Assembly (NCBI GenBank): GCA_050575255.1
Contig: JBNZDD010013700.1
Location: 5,817,396-5,881,395, forward strand
Length of the DNA stretch: 64,000 nucleotides
Source of the DNA: Harriotta raleighana
Taxonomy: Eukaryota
Direction of reading: 5' to 3'
Shown here: positions 1 through 14,005 of the stretch, piece after piece
Layout: each line of letters opens with the position of its first letter
Position numbering within the stretch: position 1 is the stretch's first letter
The notes under the pieces: generated by a model
The model's input: the letters and a program-made list of their open reading frames with translations, nothing else
What the model was told of the DNA's origin: nothing
Database searches by the model: none
Made by a program: the position numbers and the translations under genes

Positions 1-1919
1 AACATTAAATAAATATATACAAACATGGACAATGACAACCCCCCACCCCCCACCCCTCCCCACCCCTCCAATTTGATTCCCAATGGAGATCCAGCAGAAC
101 TGATAGTCCAAGTCATTACATTTGGAAAAGATTTATAAAATTCAGGTTACCTGGAGACTGGAGTCAAAATACATTTTTGTAGCATGAGCCAAGAATGGGA
201 AGAGTCCAAATTATACAACCTGTTGACAGTTAGTTTTGGCACATTGTGCTAATGAATTCAGCGCACATTTTTGACAAAAGTAGATTCCTGTTAAGTGAAT
301 GAGCATCAAGAAAATTCCTTTACTTGGTGAAGGTGTTGAAAAAAACAAGGCTTAGCCTCACACTTTTAAATGTATGTGTTCCGGTGTGTGTAGAGGGTAT
401 ATAGAACATTATTGGTAAGTTTTAAATTCAAATTTAAATGAGAACTGTTCTCTTGTGTTAGTTTTGTTTTAAAGTCTGTGTATTTAGTCAACACAGAAAA
501 AGACTGCAAGAAAGAATTAAGTTACAAACATGTCCACTATGTGCAAGTGGTATTCACTTAAAAGGAATTTATCGGTATAAGCATTCAGCAAACAAAATAA
601 CAAGCAGAACTTAGATATAAAATACTCTTTCTTTTATGCTTGATTTACTGTGCTATTACTTATCATATATTTATGTAATTCAAGGCATTGACAAAATGGA
701 TTGTTGACTAGTACAGAGACATTATGCATGGCTGCTATTGCCACCCTGTAAATTCTGACGGTTACATGTTTCTATGTGGATCAAGATTCTGTTTATGATA
801 TACCCAATGAAAAGTGTGTGCATTTTCCAAACTAACTTCTAAGTATGTCTAACTTTAGGTAATCATCATTTTATATGTTAGATTTTTTTGTTAGAGTCAA
901 CCAAGCCAGAGGCATATACAGTAAACTGAAAACCACAGTTAACACATTCCTCCACATTACTGCTTTTGACCTTATTTTGTTAAGCAAAATTCTTTTTTCC
1001 AGTAGAAAAGTCTTCATAGCAATTTTCATAGTTTTTGTTTGTCCAATCCTAACTCGCTTCATGATCATTTTTTTAACTCAGGACAAATATTAAATTAACC
1101 ATTGATAGAGACCAGAAATCACAAGAAAATTTGATTCACCATCTTAGAAGAGTTGACCTATTTTGTGCCAAAAAGGACACACAGACAGCCAAATCCATTC
1201 CCATTCAGATGCATGCCACCTGACATCAAAATAAAATATTTTCAGCAGATTTTATCCTGGGACAAATGGTTAATTGTGTGTATGATTTCTGAAAGTAAAA
1301 ATGTTGCTCTGGTTTGGTTGAAAATACACAGTTCCTCAATAACCCCTGAGCCTTGTGATTCCATGAACACACAGTCGCATTCAGAACCGAACACGTTGTG
1401 CACAAGTTACTCAACCCTGCAAATTGTCTGCAAAGAGAAAGTACAATTAACACTAAGAATTATTCTGCAATGTTATCAGTCATGAAGATTACATCTTAGT
1501 TTGGGAGTTATTTCTAGTGGTAATTGACATTTTAGACACAAGATCATATGAATGTAAATGAATGTAATATAATTTCCAGAAAAGCATTTTCTAATAACTG
1601 TTCTTGATGGGCCATTAGTCAGAACAGCAATTTAATATCTTACTAGATTAGAGCAGTACAATGAGAAGAGATCAACAGATTTACCTCACTGAGATACACT
1701 TTTGGCAGTGATAGAGGTTGCATAACGACCACGTCAAAAAATAAACGAAGCAGTAAATGTGCATTTCCCCATATTTTTGTTAACCAAATTTGTTTTAGCA
1801 CACGTTTATCTAAGTTTCTACCACAGAAATATCAGAATTTCTCCTTGTGGACACATAGGATCTCACAGACCCTGACTCTAAGTGCTATTGTATATACAAA
1901 GTTTCAGTGGAGCAATGTA

Positions 1920-2150
1920 ATAGAGATGCAATTAATTGGCTGGGGGCTCATTGGATCGAATCGTGGTTTGCTGGTTTTAACTAGAATTTTTTGTGGAGGC
2001 GAAGTTGGCCTTTGCCTGCCCAAGGTTAGAGAGAGCGTCAAGCACATTGCAAGGCTACTTAGGCGAGATATCAAGCATACTTAGAACCACATAGCTGAAT
2101 GAAGAAGCAAAGCACCAGAGGAGACTAGGAGCCAGGAGGACAGGTGTATG
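1920..2150 (+). mobile_element. degraded CR1 LINE ORF1 (esterase-like) remnant
   Basis: Translation G.SNRG...TRIFCGGEVGLCLP...VKHIARLL resembles the CR1 ORF1 pattern GDSIIRG..R.FCG....VCCLPGARV.DI..RL, recalled from memory. Confidence 0.4.
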
Positions 2151-3019
2151 TTCATGATGAGAAAAATCAAAAATAATAGAATTACAATAAAATTTTAAAA
2201 ATAAATAGGATTCATCAGAGGCTGTGTATTCATCGGGACATTCTTAACTCTAAATACAACTAGAAATAGCTACGTGTTTAAGTATACTGGCAACACATCA
2301 ATCCAACTTGTCTTTCACACACTTGTGTTCTCACTCAGCTCTGCAAGTGTGCGAATACATAATTGATATTAGGCCACCTGTATTTACCAACATCAACATG
2401 CACATCAGTGCACACCACTGATTATACTGAATTGGGTGGCCCAAAAGTGAAGAACAAAGTAGAAACTGGAGAGAAGCAAAGGAAAATAGTTTTCACAAAG
2501 ATCCCTTTAAGTTCTGCATGAATTTTCAGTTTCATCTCTTTGAAGACCGATTGTTTTTGTACAGATAATAGGTGTAAAATAACATAACAGAGGCAATAAG
2601 GAAACATAATTGTATAGCTGATGACAATGATACAGTAGTTGCAGTTGATAGGAATGTGGAGATAAGAGTGTATTTTATAGTAAATGAGGGCACATACTTG
2701 TACATACCAGGAATCAGAACCAATGGTCTATAAGATGGCAATGGTGATCCATCTAATTTAATAATTACTTATTTACTTGTTTATGTACATCAACATATTC
2801 AAGATGAGATTGAAGAGGTATGAATTAGATACCCTATTATGTGTATGATTTGACTACTTCACCTTCTTTAAAAGAGAATAATTGAAAATATTTCATTTAT
2901 AAATGCTTGTGCATAGCTTATCTTATTGGCAAGAAGCATAGTTTGGAAAGAGCTCCAAGAACACGGAATGCTCAAGAAATCAGTATTGGTATGTATTTCT
3001 CAGTAAAGAGGGCAGAATT

Positions 3020-3300
3020 ACAGAATCATAGATCAGAAAGTTATTAGGTAGGAAGAGGCCATTCCAAGCCTAAAGTGGCGCCAATGCTATCTTTTGTGCT
3101 GGAATTAACTATATTAATCCCAATTCACTGCCTCTTCCCGAGTATCTTTTTTCCTTTTCAAATATTTATCCAATTCTCTTTTATATTTTATTGTAATCTC
3201 AACTTCAATAGTCACTGGTGCCAAAGCATTTGGATGCTCTTATAACCCCCTTGCAAAAACCCTCTTCTAATCCTCTTCCCTTTTAACTCTTTCAGGTACA
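3020..3300 (-). mobile_element. CR1 LINE 3' end fragment
   Basis: The + strand acagaatcataga...ggaagaggccattc is the reverse complement of the CR1 terminus GAATGGCCTC...CTATGATTCT. Confidence 0.55.
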
Positions 3301-4248
3301 ATCCTTCAGAGTTTTGCTGATTCCTAAAATAGAGTTTGTGCCACCTTCAACCAACTGCTTACATATTTGGATACTGTTCTACATGAAAATAATGAGTCCC
3401 AGAATCATTTCTGGCCTGTGCTAAATTCACACATCAAAAGCATGGTGGAGAGGTGCTAAAATTGACCACAGCTCTCTTGAACTTTCAGGACAGAATCTGA
3501 AGAAAGAGAAAACTAGCCATTGGTCACTCTTCATTTATCTATTCATCATTAATGAAAATTGGATCTGTGTCTGTGTCTATCACGAGGTACATAAATTAAT
3601 CATAGTCTACAAAAGAAAAATTTACTGTTAGTTTTAGAAGAACTTGACTTCTTCACTTTTAGGGAGTTCCCGGTTGACAGACACCTCAGCTGCAAACCGA
3701 GCTGCAAACAGAATGGTGCTTCCCTTTTAAGGATAGACATGACATTTCTTTGGTGAAAACACTGCATGTTTTAGTAAGCTAAAATGACGTGTCTTACATA
3801 GATGATGGATTAATATTGACAGTGGTAGCTCAAAAGTTGATGCATATACTGTAATAAAGAAGTCGTGCTGTAGACTATCTGTTCTTTAATGCTATAACAC
3901 TCTGAAAAATAATCCTTCTAAACTTCCTTTGAACTCTTCTAGGTAACTCATCCCTAATAGAGGGCATTCTGCAGAAAGGAGCATTTTAAAATCGGTAAGT
4001 TTTCTCTGTAATTATTCAGACTGGTCAAGTAAGTGTGATAGTTATGAAACTTTCTTCATGAATAGTTCACCTGGGGTCCAAGCCCAGTTCTTTAACCTGT
4101 TTAAAGTGCCATGTCTCCAGTTTTCTGCTGGGTTATAGGGGTTGTATAGTGGTTTCAGAAGACCTCTGTACATTCTGAAGAAAACAATTGGCACACTGTG
4201 CATAAACCCTATGGTTAGTAAATCTTCCATCAGCTAGGATTGGGAGCA

Positions 4249-4254
4249 TTTATT
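4249..4254 (-). promoter_or_regulatory. candidate polyadenylation signal (first AATAAA downstream of the tfap2b stop)
   Basis: tttatt on the + strand about 1.24 kb past the stop. Another lies at 3187-3192. Usage is unknown. Confidence 0.35.
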
Positions 4255-4939
4255 GGAGAAATTTACATCTTACTCACTCCTCTCTGAGCTGAAGGAGGAT
4301 ACAAGACTCCTTAAAGGTGGGGGTAGGGGTGGGGGGATGGAATCAAGAAATACGGAAAGTAAAATAAATATGAAACAAAACAATTATAATAATAGATTTT
4401 TAGAGGTAATGGTCTCACTGAGCATTTACGAACACATGCCATAGATTAATTATTGAGAGGCTGACCGGTCAAATTCAGTCCTGTATCAACATAAGTTGAT
4501 ATAACAGACTACTTGGGATGAACAAAGATCTGCTGATGATACACCTTATTAATTATTCACTTTACGTCTATCTCTTCAAAGTGAACTCATTTCAGAGACA
4601 GACCAGTGCTTATTCTGCTTTTCACAGTTATTTGACATTGTTGTCCACACCTTGAATTTGATATGACAACTGTAATGGAGGCCGATGATTACTTTGGTTG
4701 AATAAGTGTATCAATATCTGATTAGAGTGTAGCATAGCTTCATGACAAAGGAGAGGGTGTGACTGGAGTTAGAGATATCTGGAATATAATGGGAGCCCAG
4801 CTTCAATTGTGCAGAATTCTCTAAGATGGACCATAATAAATCTATGAAAGCCAACATCTCCATCATATATTTAAACCGAAGTGCGTAATTGGTTGCCACG
4901 TTTCACCTACAAATACAGTCAATTCACTTTACAGTATAT

Positions 4940-5005
4940 TGTGTGAGAGCTTTGAGATGTCTAGAAGACATGTAAAGCTCTATATCAAATGCAAGGATTA
5001 TTATA
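4940..5005 (+). mobile_element. SINE/L2-type 3' tail fragment inside the tfap2b 3'UTR
   Basis: gagctttgagatgtctagaagacatgtaaagctctatatcaaatgcaaggattattat matches the tail of the SINEs at 16.2 and 17.2 kb. Confidence 0.65.
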
Positions 5006-5491
5006 CCTTTACACAAACTTTCAGTTGTTGGATAATGTCTTTTCATAGGCTCTGCATCAAAACTGACAAATAAATCTCCCTGTACGGATCTCTTCACTGA
5101 CAACAAGCTATTATATATTAATAGTACCTGGTTGCTGTTCTTGTTTTTGCTGGAATGCTTCCATCCTCAAAACATGCAAAAATGTGCACAGAAATCAGAA
5201 CTGGAATAAAAGTGGGACCAAAAGAATTTGATATTATATTAAAAAAAATTACAGTCACACAAGTGGGTCATGGATTCACCTGTTATTCTGACATAAAATG
5301 GAAGTCAAAACATTTGCAAAATTGGACATATACCAAGAAAAAAGATCTTGATGCCTTGCATCCAGTTCCATATTGGCTACAAACAGTTGACCCAGTGTTG
5401 CTCCATTGTGTGTGCGTTGTTGTCTTTTCCAAGTCAATAGAAGATTTTTTTTTATAAAGCTACAGAAAATAAAAAGTTTGGAGGAATTTTC

Positions 5492-5789
5492 TCATTTCCT
5501 GTTCTTTTCCTCCTTGTCTCCAGTTTTGTTGCCTGCTTCCCCTCCAGATGTGTGTCTATTTGGGTTGTTGTTTAAGAACATCTTGTCCAGTCCTTTTAAT
5601 GCTTCCGTCAGGTAGTTCTGGACAGCTGTGAGTGCAGCACAAATAGCAGGAGAGCCAAAGCCATGTGTAATGAGGCTAAAGTGAGTCAAACAGCTTTGGA
5701 TGCCTGGATCTAGGATGGGGTTGGGCCTGGTGTTTCCCAAAGGAGACCTATCCTGTGCCAACAGATCTGTGAATTCTTTGCAAAGTTGC
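5492..5789 (-). CDS. tfap2b: tfap2b exon 7 coding part (helix-span-helix and C-terminus, TGA stop)
   Basis: (K)[53 protein letters not shown]...[11 protein letters not shown]. Acceptor cctcag|G. Confidence 0.97.
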
Positions 5790-6334
5790 CTGAGGGGTTA
5801 AAGAAAATAAGACAAAAGAATTCTGCTGTCAGATAACACAAATCATATGTATACAATGACGTATTGTAAGGATTATTAACCACCTCAAACAGCACAAATT
5901 GTTTTATTGATTACTCATCAGTTTGGCATTGAGTTCTAATCAATATAAACTTATTATCAATGTTTGTTTTCCTTATAAAAGGAGTCTAATAGTCAAATAT
6001 TTTAGGTTGTTTCGATGGAAGCTAATGTATTATCAATTTATATAATGACCCATGAATCTAATTTTTTTTCACTTGTTTTATTTTTTACAATAAAGATTGA
6101 GACAAACAGTTCAATGCCAAATTTAATATTGTTGAACTAGTTTTGTTAAAACTTTTATGGATTCAGAACTGGTCAGAAGTTCAGGTGAGGTTATTTGTTT
6201 TCTGCAGTTATTTCTGAAGGTTAGCACGATCTGAATATCCTTTGGTTAATTAGATAACTTCAACTTTGTAAATACACAAACTCAAAATTCATTAACAATC
6301 CTTGTATTTGATATCTCAAAGTGCTCCAGATGAT

Positions 6335-6735
6335 CTGGGTGTCATTCAGACTTAACCGATAACACTCCCATCTCTGAATCAGAAGGGTGTGGATTCCAGC
6401 CCCACATTGGGACTTGAGCTCACACTGACACTTTAATGCAGAGCTAGGAGTGCTCTATTGCCAGAAGTGTTGTCCTTCAAATGAGGCCCTGTCTGGCTAC
6501 TCAGATGGATCATAAAGACCCTTGCCTGTGGCAATATTTGAAAAGAGGAGAGTTTCTTTTGGTGTCCTGGCCAAAATTCCTTAAATAAAATGTGTTATTC
6601 ACTACATGACTTTGCTCCATGCACAGTGGCTGCTCCTTTTCCCTGCAAAATATGCAGTCATTACTCTTTACAGTAAATACTGTGAAACACTTTGAGATGT
6701 CCTCCTAATGTGAAAGGTACCATATTACTGTAAAT
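6335..6735 (+). mobile_element. Deu-domain SINE (SacSINE1/AmnSINE-related), old copy
   Basis: tRNA-like head (ctctgaatcagaagggtgtggattccagccccac), central gaggccctgtctg...ggtgtcctggccaa segment and an L2-type tail. Similar to the reverse copy at 47457-47868. Confidence 0.7.
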
Positions 6736-8879
6736 ATAAAGATTGTCATACTGCAAAGCATTGTGAATGTATAAGAATTAACGCTGCAAATAAACCAAGG
6801 GAAGAAACTGAAACAGAAATGCGGATTCAGCAGATTTTGTCTATTTTTTGGACAGTTGGGTTTCTGACAAAACGCTCCAAGGCCCTGCCCTGCGTAAAAG
6901 GTGCTATAAATGAAAATTGTTGTTGTTGGTGCTTAAGAGTACCCGAACCAAACTGAGAGTTCCATGCTCATCTCACATATACCCTAAATTGCTGAAATAT
7001 TTATTCAAATGGAATGTACACTTTCTCTCTGGAGGGAGATTTCCTGTTTACCTAATTCAGGAGCGAATTAGCCGCAGATGGCAAGAATCAAGGTTTCGGG
7101 ACCCCAGAGTGTGTGTTACGCTACTGCTGGAGTCTAACTAGCTAAATCCCATGCTTGTACATATAGAACCATTCTACCCATTAAGGCTTATGGCTTGCAG
7201 GGTGAACAGCATCATGAAGAATGTGAAGGGTCTGTGACCCCAGTGACTGCTCTGCCCATCCAACTCCTGCTGATGAGCCAGGCTGACTAGATTGTCATCA
7301 GCAGTGCACTAGAATAGCTCCGTCTTGTTCACGAACTGAACTGCCATGGATGTCAGAGAGGGCTGGCTCAATTTTGACATTCCTTTGCCAATGATATCAC
7401 CTTGGAGCAAATTCAGCTCCAAGGAGATCCCCACTTACCATACCACAGAGAAGGAAATTCACTATTTGGTCATTAAACATCTGACAGGTGTAGATTTGAG
7501 CCACATTAGTTGAATGGCAAGTATCAGGAACTTGCTGCAAGCTTCCTGGTGAGCAACATAGCTCAGCATTGTCAACTTTAAAGATTTAGTGTTTAACAGG
7601 TTAAACTTTTCACTGCTGCTCACTAATGCTGACGATCCCGTCATTTCCAACTTGCACATTCCAAAGAGACAAACTGTTCTATGCTCTATACAATGCTCTT
7701 GTTCGATTACTGGCAGTAGACCCTTTTTTTAACTTTTGGCAGTGCTTTAACAATAAGCATATGTGAATTTTACAGCTTTACAATTGGCAGAAGTTTTGGA
7801 ATCTCCTTTTAGGAAAGCATGACATCTATTTTTAGACTTTTATTTATTCCATGCAAAGTTTATAGACATGTGAAATGAGTAAAATACTTCTGCAATTGTG
7901 TAATATGCTCTTTAAATATCACATTTTTCTTTCAAAAAATCCCAATTTATTCGTATTGGTGACATATAGAAATGTTCACGGCTGAGAATGAGTCAGACAA
8001 GAGAGCCATCATCTTGAATTTGTGGTTGAGAATATGTCCTTGCAATCAGATGCATATTTTGTCTACTTAATGTGAAGTGTGATTGCATTCACTTTTCAGT
8101 CCATATATTTTACCTAGACAACAATATCAACTTAAATTGATAAACCACCATTCATTTAGAGATAGGTCTCAGCAAACTTAAGACAACTGTTACAGTAAGA
8201 AATTCCATCTGGGTCTAGATTTACTCTACTCGTGAATATTTTAGAGCATTCAGAAGTTATCATATTCTTAAATAGCGTCATTAATTTTGAAGTAAGTCTT
8301 CCTTTTCTTTGTTAGGACTACAAAAAATGGGCTTCATAGTTAAAACCAATTTTCCAAATTGCCAAAAATAAATAATTTATTATTATTATTTTAAATTCCA
8401 CACACTTTACATTGATGGAGTAAAGTATAAACCAAGATGCAGTTTCTATGCACAAATTGGTGTGAACTGAAGCCCATCAGTATTACAGTTGCTGAAGCAT
8501 TGGTGATTCGTATGTAGCTCCAGATGTTGAATAGTACACAGTAGTTGGCTACTGCTGAGTAATATGTCATTATATATTTTAACCTACTTCCTTGTCTTTT
8601 ATTTTGAAAATCACTTAACACTTAACATGTGTGGAAAGAATATTTGCTAATAGATTTGTTATATGATGGCCAACATCAAAAATTATGCTGCCTGATGCAA
8701 ATACTGAGGTTGTTTTTAGTTGGATTGTTGGTTGTTTAAATAACAGAAGGCAAAGAATTTCTGTCTTACTACAAGTGTATTCTTACATTGTACAACACAT
8801 CCCTATACCCCAAATACAGTAGCAATCAAGCTTTTGAAGCTCTTATAATGGAAGAAGATTAACAGCCTGGGAGATAAAG

Positions 8880-9150
8880 GTGTTAAGTTCCAAATCATGG
8901 AAACTGGAAGGTTGCAGGATCAAATCCTAAAGTTTACTGTGTTATTTGGTCTCAATTGAGGCTGTATAATTTTATGCCGGTTACAGTGAGGGAGAATAAA
9001 GCGGAGATCCCACTTCTGATTCTAGGTGATGTCCTTTGAAAGTGGATGAGGGCAAGATCAGATTGAGCTTCCCTGAAGCTCACTATTTTGGCTCACACAT
9101 GGAGAATGGTGCCTTGACCAATGCATCCATAAGCTATACCCTTGTGCTTG
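8880..9150 (+). mobile_element. old SINE-like interspersed repeat
   Basis: Head ggaaggttgcaggatcaaatcc and end ggctcacacatggagaatgg. Related segments occur at ~47910-48080 and ~56225-56300. Confidence 0.45.
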
Positions 9151-10536
9151 TTAATGGTTTGGGGAGAGGATAGAAAATTTCCAAAAATATATTGAAAATA
9201 TGACAACTGTAGACATTGCTGAAATCTTTCTCAGTAATTTTTCAAAAGTCTGGTTTGATTATTCGATTGTAATTACTTTTGTCTAACTTGCTGTTGTCCC
9301 CAACCAGAGAAACCAAAATGAAGTTGCAGTGTTATGTAAAAGAAAACTGCTTTCAAAACCAAGGGTCTCTCTGGGATAAATGAACTAAAGACCTGATGGA
9401 ATCTCGGATTGGAGATAGAGTAAGTGAAAAAACAAGATGCTTGTCCACCCAAGGAAAAGACTAAAAACACATATATGTTTGCAATAATTTTCTTTTAGTT
9501 GTAACACAAATGCAACTGGCAATTGGTTGGGAGATTCTTAACATTTCAAAACATTCATTTTGTTTTCCTTTTTACTTTCCTTAATCTTTCTCATTGTCTA
9601 ACTAAGAGCTGTACTTTATGGGATTTGTGTGGGTGACATACAGATAAATATGCGCATAGGAAATCATTATAACTATGGGAACAGTCTAAACGCCTGCATT
9701 CATCCTTCTGTATTTTTTTCACTATGTAAAAGAGGAAATGTCCGTCGTGAAGGATTAATGAGAAGGAAGCCAAGCTCTTCTAGTCTTCAAAGAAAAAAAG
9801 GATCGGCTGCAAGCAATTAAACTTCTGAGATTGTAATATCTTTTGACCCGGCGGAAAGAAACAATTAAATTCAAATCACGTCTAGTGAACATCTGGACAA
9901 ATTTGAGCAAATGATTTTTCAGCCTCTTTTTAATCTTTGCAGGAAGTTGGGATCTCTTTTTGTCAACAATATTAAAAGTAGAGACAGTGGTATATTTTCA
10001 TGTTATTTTACCTTTGACCCGAGCTGATTGAAACTCGTTCGAGGTCGTTAGAAATTGAGTTATGCGAGATTTTGTTTTCCCGACTTTGGTCTTCCGGAAA
10101 CCAATGCTTTAATTTATAGGGTGCCGGTTAATCAGGATTGTACCTTTGCACACTCTCGAGTTTGCACGTTGTTTCCTAGCACAACATGCACACGCCAAAA
10201 TATTCGAAACATCAAACCAAAACGATTTGCTGCAATAGTCTATGTAACGTCACTAACATTTCGTTCCCTTCGTGCATCAACTATCAGACGATATATCGGT
10301 TGAAAGAACACAGAAGCGTGGGGGGTGGCAGCAGCTTTGCGTGCGTGAAAAAATAGTCAAATGCTAATTCGTGGAATTGAAAGACAAGTCGTTTTTACCT
10401 CGTGTGAGTAGCAGTACATAACATTGTATGAGAGTGCATTTCGTGCAGCCCTTTCAACGTGGAACTGTGATTCATTGTTTACTGCAGATGTTTATCTGCA
10501 AATCCCCACTAACAGCAGAATAAGCGAGTGACTCAC

Positions 10537-10678
10537 TTTGTGGCCAGGATCATATTCTTTCGGGAGTGCAGCTCGCTGGGGTCTGTGTGCTGTCTGTTCA
10601 GGTAGTCAGCAGCAGCTTTGGCGGGGAACTCCGTCTCACAGATATACCCAAAATCTCGGGCTAGATGAACGGCTTCAC
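10537..10678 (-). CDS. tfap2b: tfap2b exon 6 (helix-span-helix dimerisation domain)
   Basis: (G)[46 protein letters not shown]. Acceptor ttgcag|GT, donor AA|GTGAGT. Confidence 0.96.
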
Positions 10679-13600
10679 CTGCAACACAAAAACCAAACCA
10701 ATCAGACGAAAGCCATATATGCCCAGAGGGTGGACAACTCTTCAGCTGTGGGTTACCAATATTTGCATATACTGTGTGTGTGTGTGGGAGAGAGGGGGAA
10801 AGAGAGAGAGAGAGAAGAGTTGGGGGGGAGGGGAATAAGAAAAAGCAAAGCCCTAAACGTCCAGTAATGTTGCATTGGAGTTTGGCAGGAAGAATAGATG
10901 CTAGATTTACCCACTAAATACGAAAGTGGAAGTTCCTGATGTAATTCGCTCTGTTTCTTTGCCCTGGTTTTTCAGCACTGCTTTATTTTGCAAGCCAGAT
11001 GGATATGGGAATCCCGTTTAAGACCAGAACTCTTAATGTTAATAAATCATCAATAATGTAACCCCCAAAATCCATATGCAACATCATTTTTTTTAGTTAT
11101 ATACGAAACCATATTCACACTTTTGAAAAAAGATTTACCCAAGAATCCCTTTCCAGTGGATGAGCTATTCTGCTAGAAGAATATTGTTTCCTTACACTTT
11201 CTTCTCCGACTAAGCTAATATGTAAATCTTGAACTAACCCCCTGCAAGATTGAATGAAACCGCTGTTTATACTGTGCACACAGTAAGTAACTTACAGCCC
11301 AGGTAATGGACTCAGAGTTGGCTATGGATAAAGGCTAGATGGAGAAATTTTCGTTTGATGTGAATATGTTATCGAAATGAACCATGCAAGAAGCCAGATT
11401 AATGCTTAAGTGTATTGGTTATATTTGAAAGCGTTGACTTTTGCACTCAGTGTGCGTTCAATTGTTACACACAGAGTGCATTATTGCACTGCTAACATAC
11501 TTTTAATAATAATTTATTCCTTCATATAATACGACTTGCATGTTTTATTTGCCCTAGGTAGGGTTTTAAGCCTTTGTTGTGGGCAATCTGAGTAAATACA
11601 TTTACTGCAACGCAGATGAGTGTTCCGAAGGGCTGACTATGGTACATTTATCTTTGAAAAGATAAATATTGTAATTAAACGAAGGACCCCCAGGAGCTTA
11701 TAACAAGCTGCAACTGAGCATTACTTGCCAAAATAACAAACTGCAACAGTGAAGTGTGAGATTTCAGAATGAGATTAGTAATGTCTGATGTTATTCATGC
11801 AGAAGTAAGAAGAATAATTACTATCAATCCGTCTGTTTGCCTATCCATCATCAACCCCTCTCTCATATGTAGATATAATGGATCTGTGCTTCTATCCATC
11901 TGGCTATGTGTGATACGTGAATATATCATGTATGAAACCGCTCGTCTACGTTTCCATATCTACGCTTCCATACGATATTAAAATGTGTCTGTATAAAAAT
12001 ATGCACATATTAGAAACATGCATATATAGTTTGCTTAAATCAGTATTTAACTATATATAATGTCAGGGTGAGTTTAATAAAATTTAATATAGTGCAGTAT
12101 AGTGGGACAGAGTACAGAGTACATTAAAATTCAATACATCAGTTTCAACGAGACACCTAAGAAATTACCATGAATGACCACAAAAATATTGTAAAGCACT
12201 AAAATCTAAGAGGTGGGATCTCAACTGAACAATGTGGATTGCTGAAAACTTCTAAATGCCTCTCAGACGAATTTACTGCATATAATTCTTTAGAGCATAT
12301 ATGGATGCGATATAAAGACCAGTGTTAGTTTATAGATCATACCAAAGTAGTTTAAAAAGTACAAAGGAGCTACAATATTTTCCTTTCCTGCATTGCTATA
12401 GTTTTACGTGTGTTTTATTGAGAATATTCTCCAGGGATTTCCATGTCATCAACCCTCCCCGCCTGACGCTGATGTTTCAGAGAGTACCAAAGGCTGGGTA
12501 ATACTACAAAGTCGAGCTCTGGGGGAATTCGAGGAGATAATGTTTGAACCCTCCAGCATAGATCTTTTCAAATAATAAAGCACTTCTCAGGCGAGAGCCC
12601 AGACTTACACAGGAAGCTAACAGGACAGCAACAAATAATTTAATCAGATTTGTTTCTCAAATGATATATATTTTTTAAAAACCTAATTATTCTTTGATTT
12701 TTAACAACTTTTCCTTTGTGAGACACCAACCACAACCTATATATTCGTTGAAGTGCAGTGTTCTTTTTTGTTTTAAAAAAAACTGCGTTACATTTTTACC
12801 AGAAAGGAGATTTAATTAGCCAACAGAAAAAAAAAAATCCATGGTGTTCACACTGATGAGCATCATTTAGAAAATACACATAGATAAATTGGTAAGTATG
12901 CACTGATGGCAAATTGAGCACCAGAAATAGGGGTCGAAATGAACAGAGAGACAGACAGACAGACAGACAGGAATAACTTAGCATAAATATATAATTCCCA
13001 AATACCCCGGTTCCGAATGGTTTTTAGTGGTTGCTTAAGAAATAACATGAAATACATGACTGGAATCTAATGCACATATCTGAATAAGTGAAGGATTAAT
13101 GTGCATGAGCAAAATATATGAACACTGAGCACATATTGTTCTCTAAAATTAAGTACGTAGATGTAGGATGACATAAGATGAAATCATGAACATAAGAAAT
13201 ACTGTGTCCACTTTTCTCTGATGCACAATCAGAAAGTGAGGGGGAAGAAAGTCAAGGAAATCGATATTGTAGAAAGCATCGTCCAAAAGAAAATTGCCAG
13301 TGTGGCTCTCTCTGTATGTGCTGTAACTAACTTATTGCAAACGCTATTATATATGCAAATTTGAATAGAGCGATGAATTATTCATGAAGGCAAGTCAAAA
13401 GCCCTTAAGGCCTTGGGATAAATGTATTTATATTATTTTTGTATTATTATTTATGCACAAAATACCGTGTTACCTAAATTAGCTCACTAATGTTATCAAT
13501 TTTCCCGCAATTGCAAATAAACTGTCTTCCTCCAAATGCCTAAAATCATGCAAGCAATATGATCTGATTATTTCGGGTTCCCTCAGATCACTGCTATGTC

Positions 13601-13792
13601 CTTTATAAGATAAACATAGTCCTACATGTATAGAATATGCTTAAGTGTAAAGTGATGAAATTATACCTCTGTCAACATGATAAATAGCGGATAACACTGT
13701 GATACAAATACGTGACAAATTAGACTCATACATCTTTTTTTTTATCGTGTGAAGGTTAATGGCTTTAATTTTGCGACAATTATGTATGGTTA

Positions 13793-14005
<213 letters not shown>

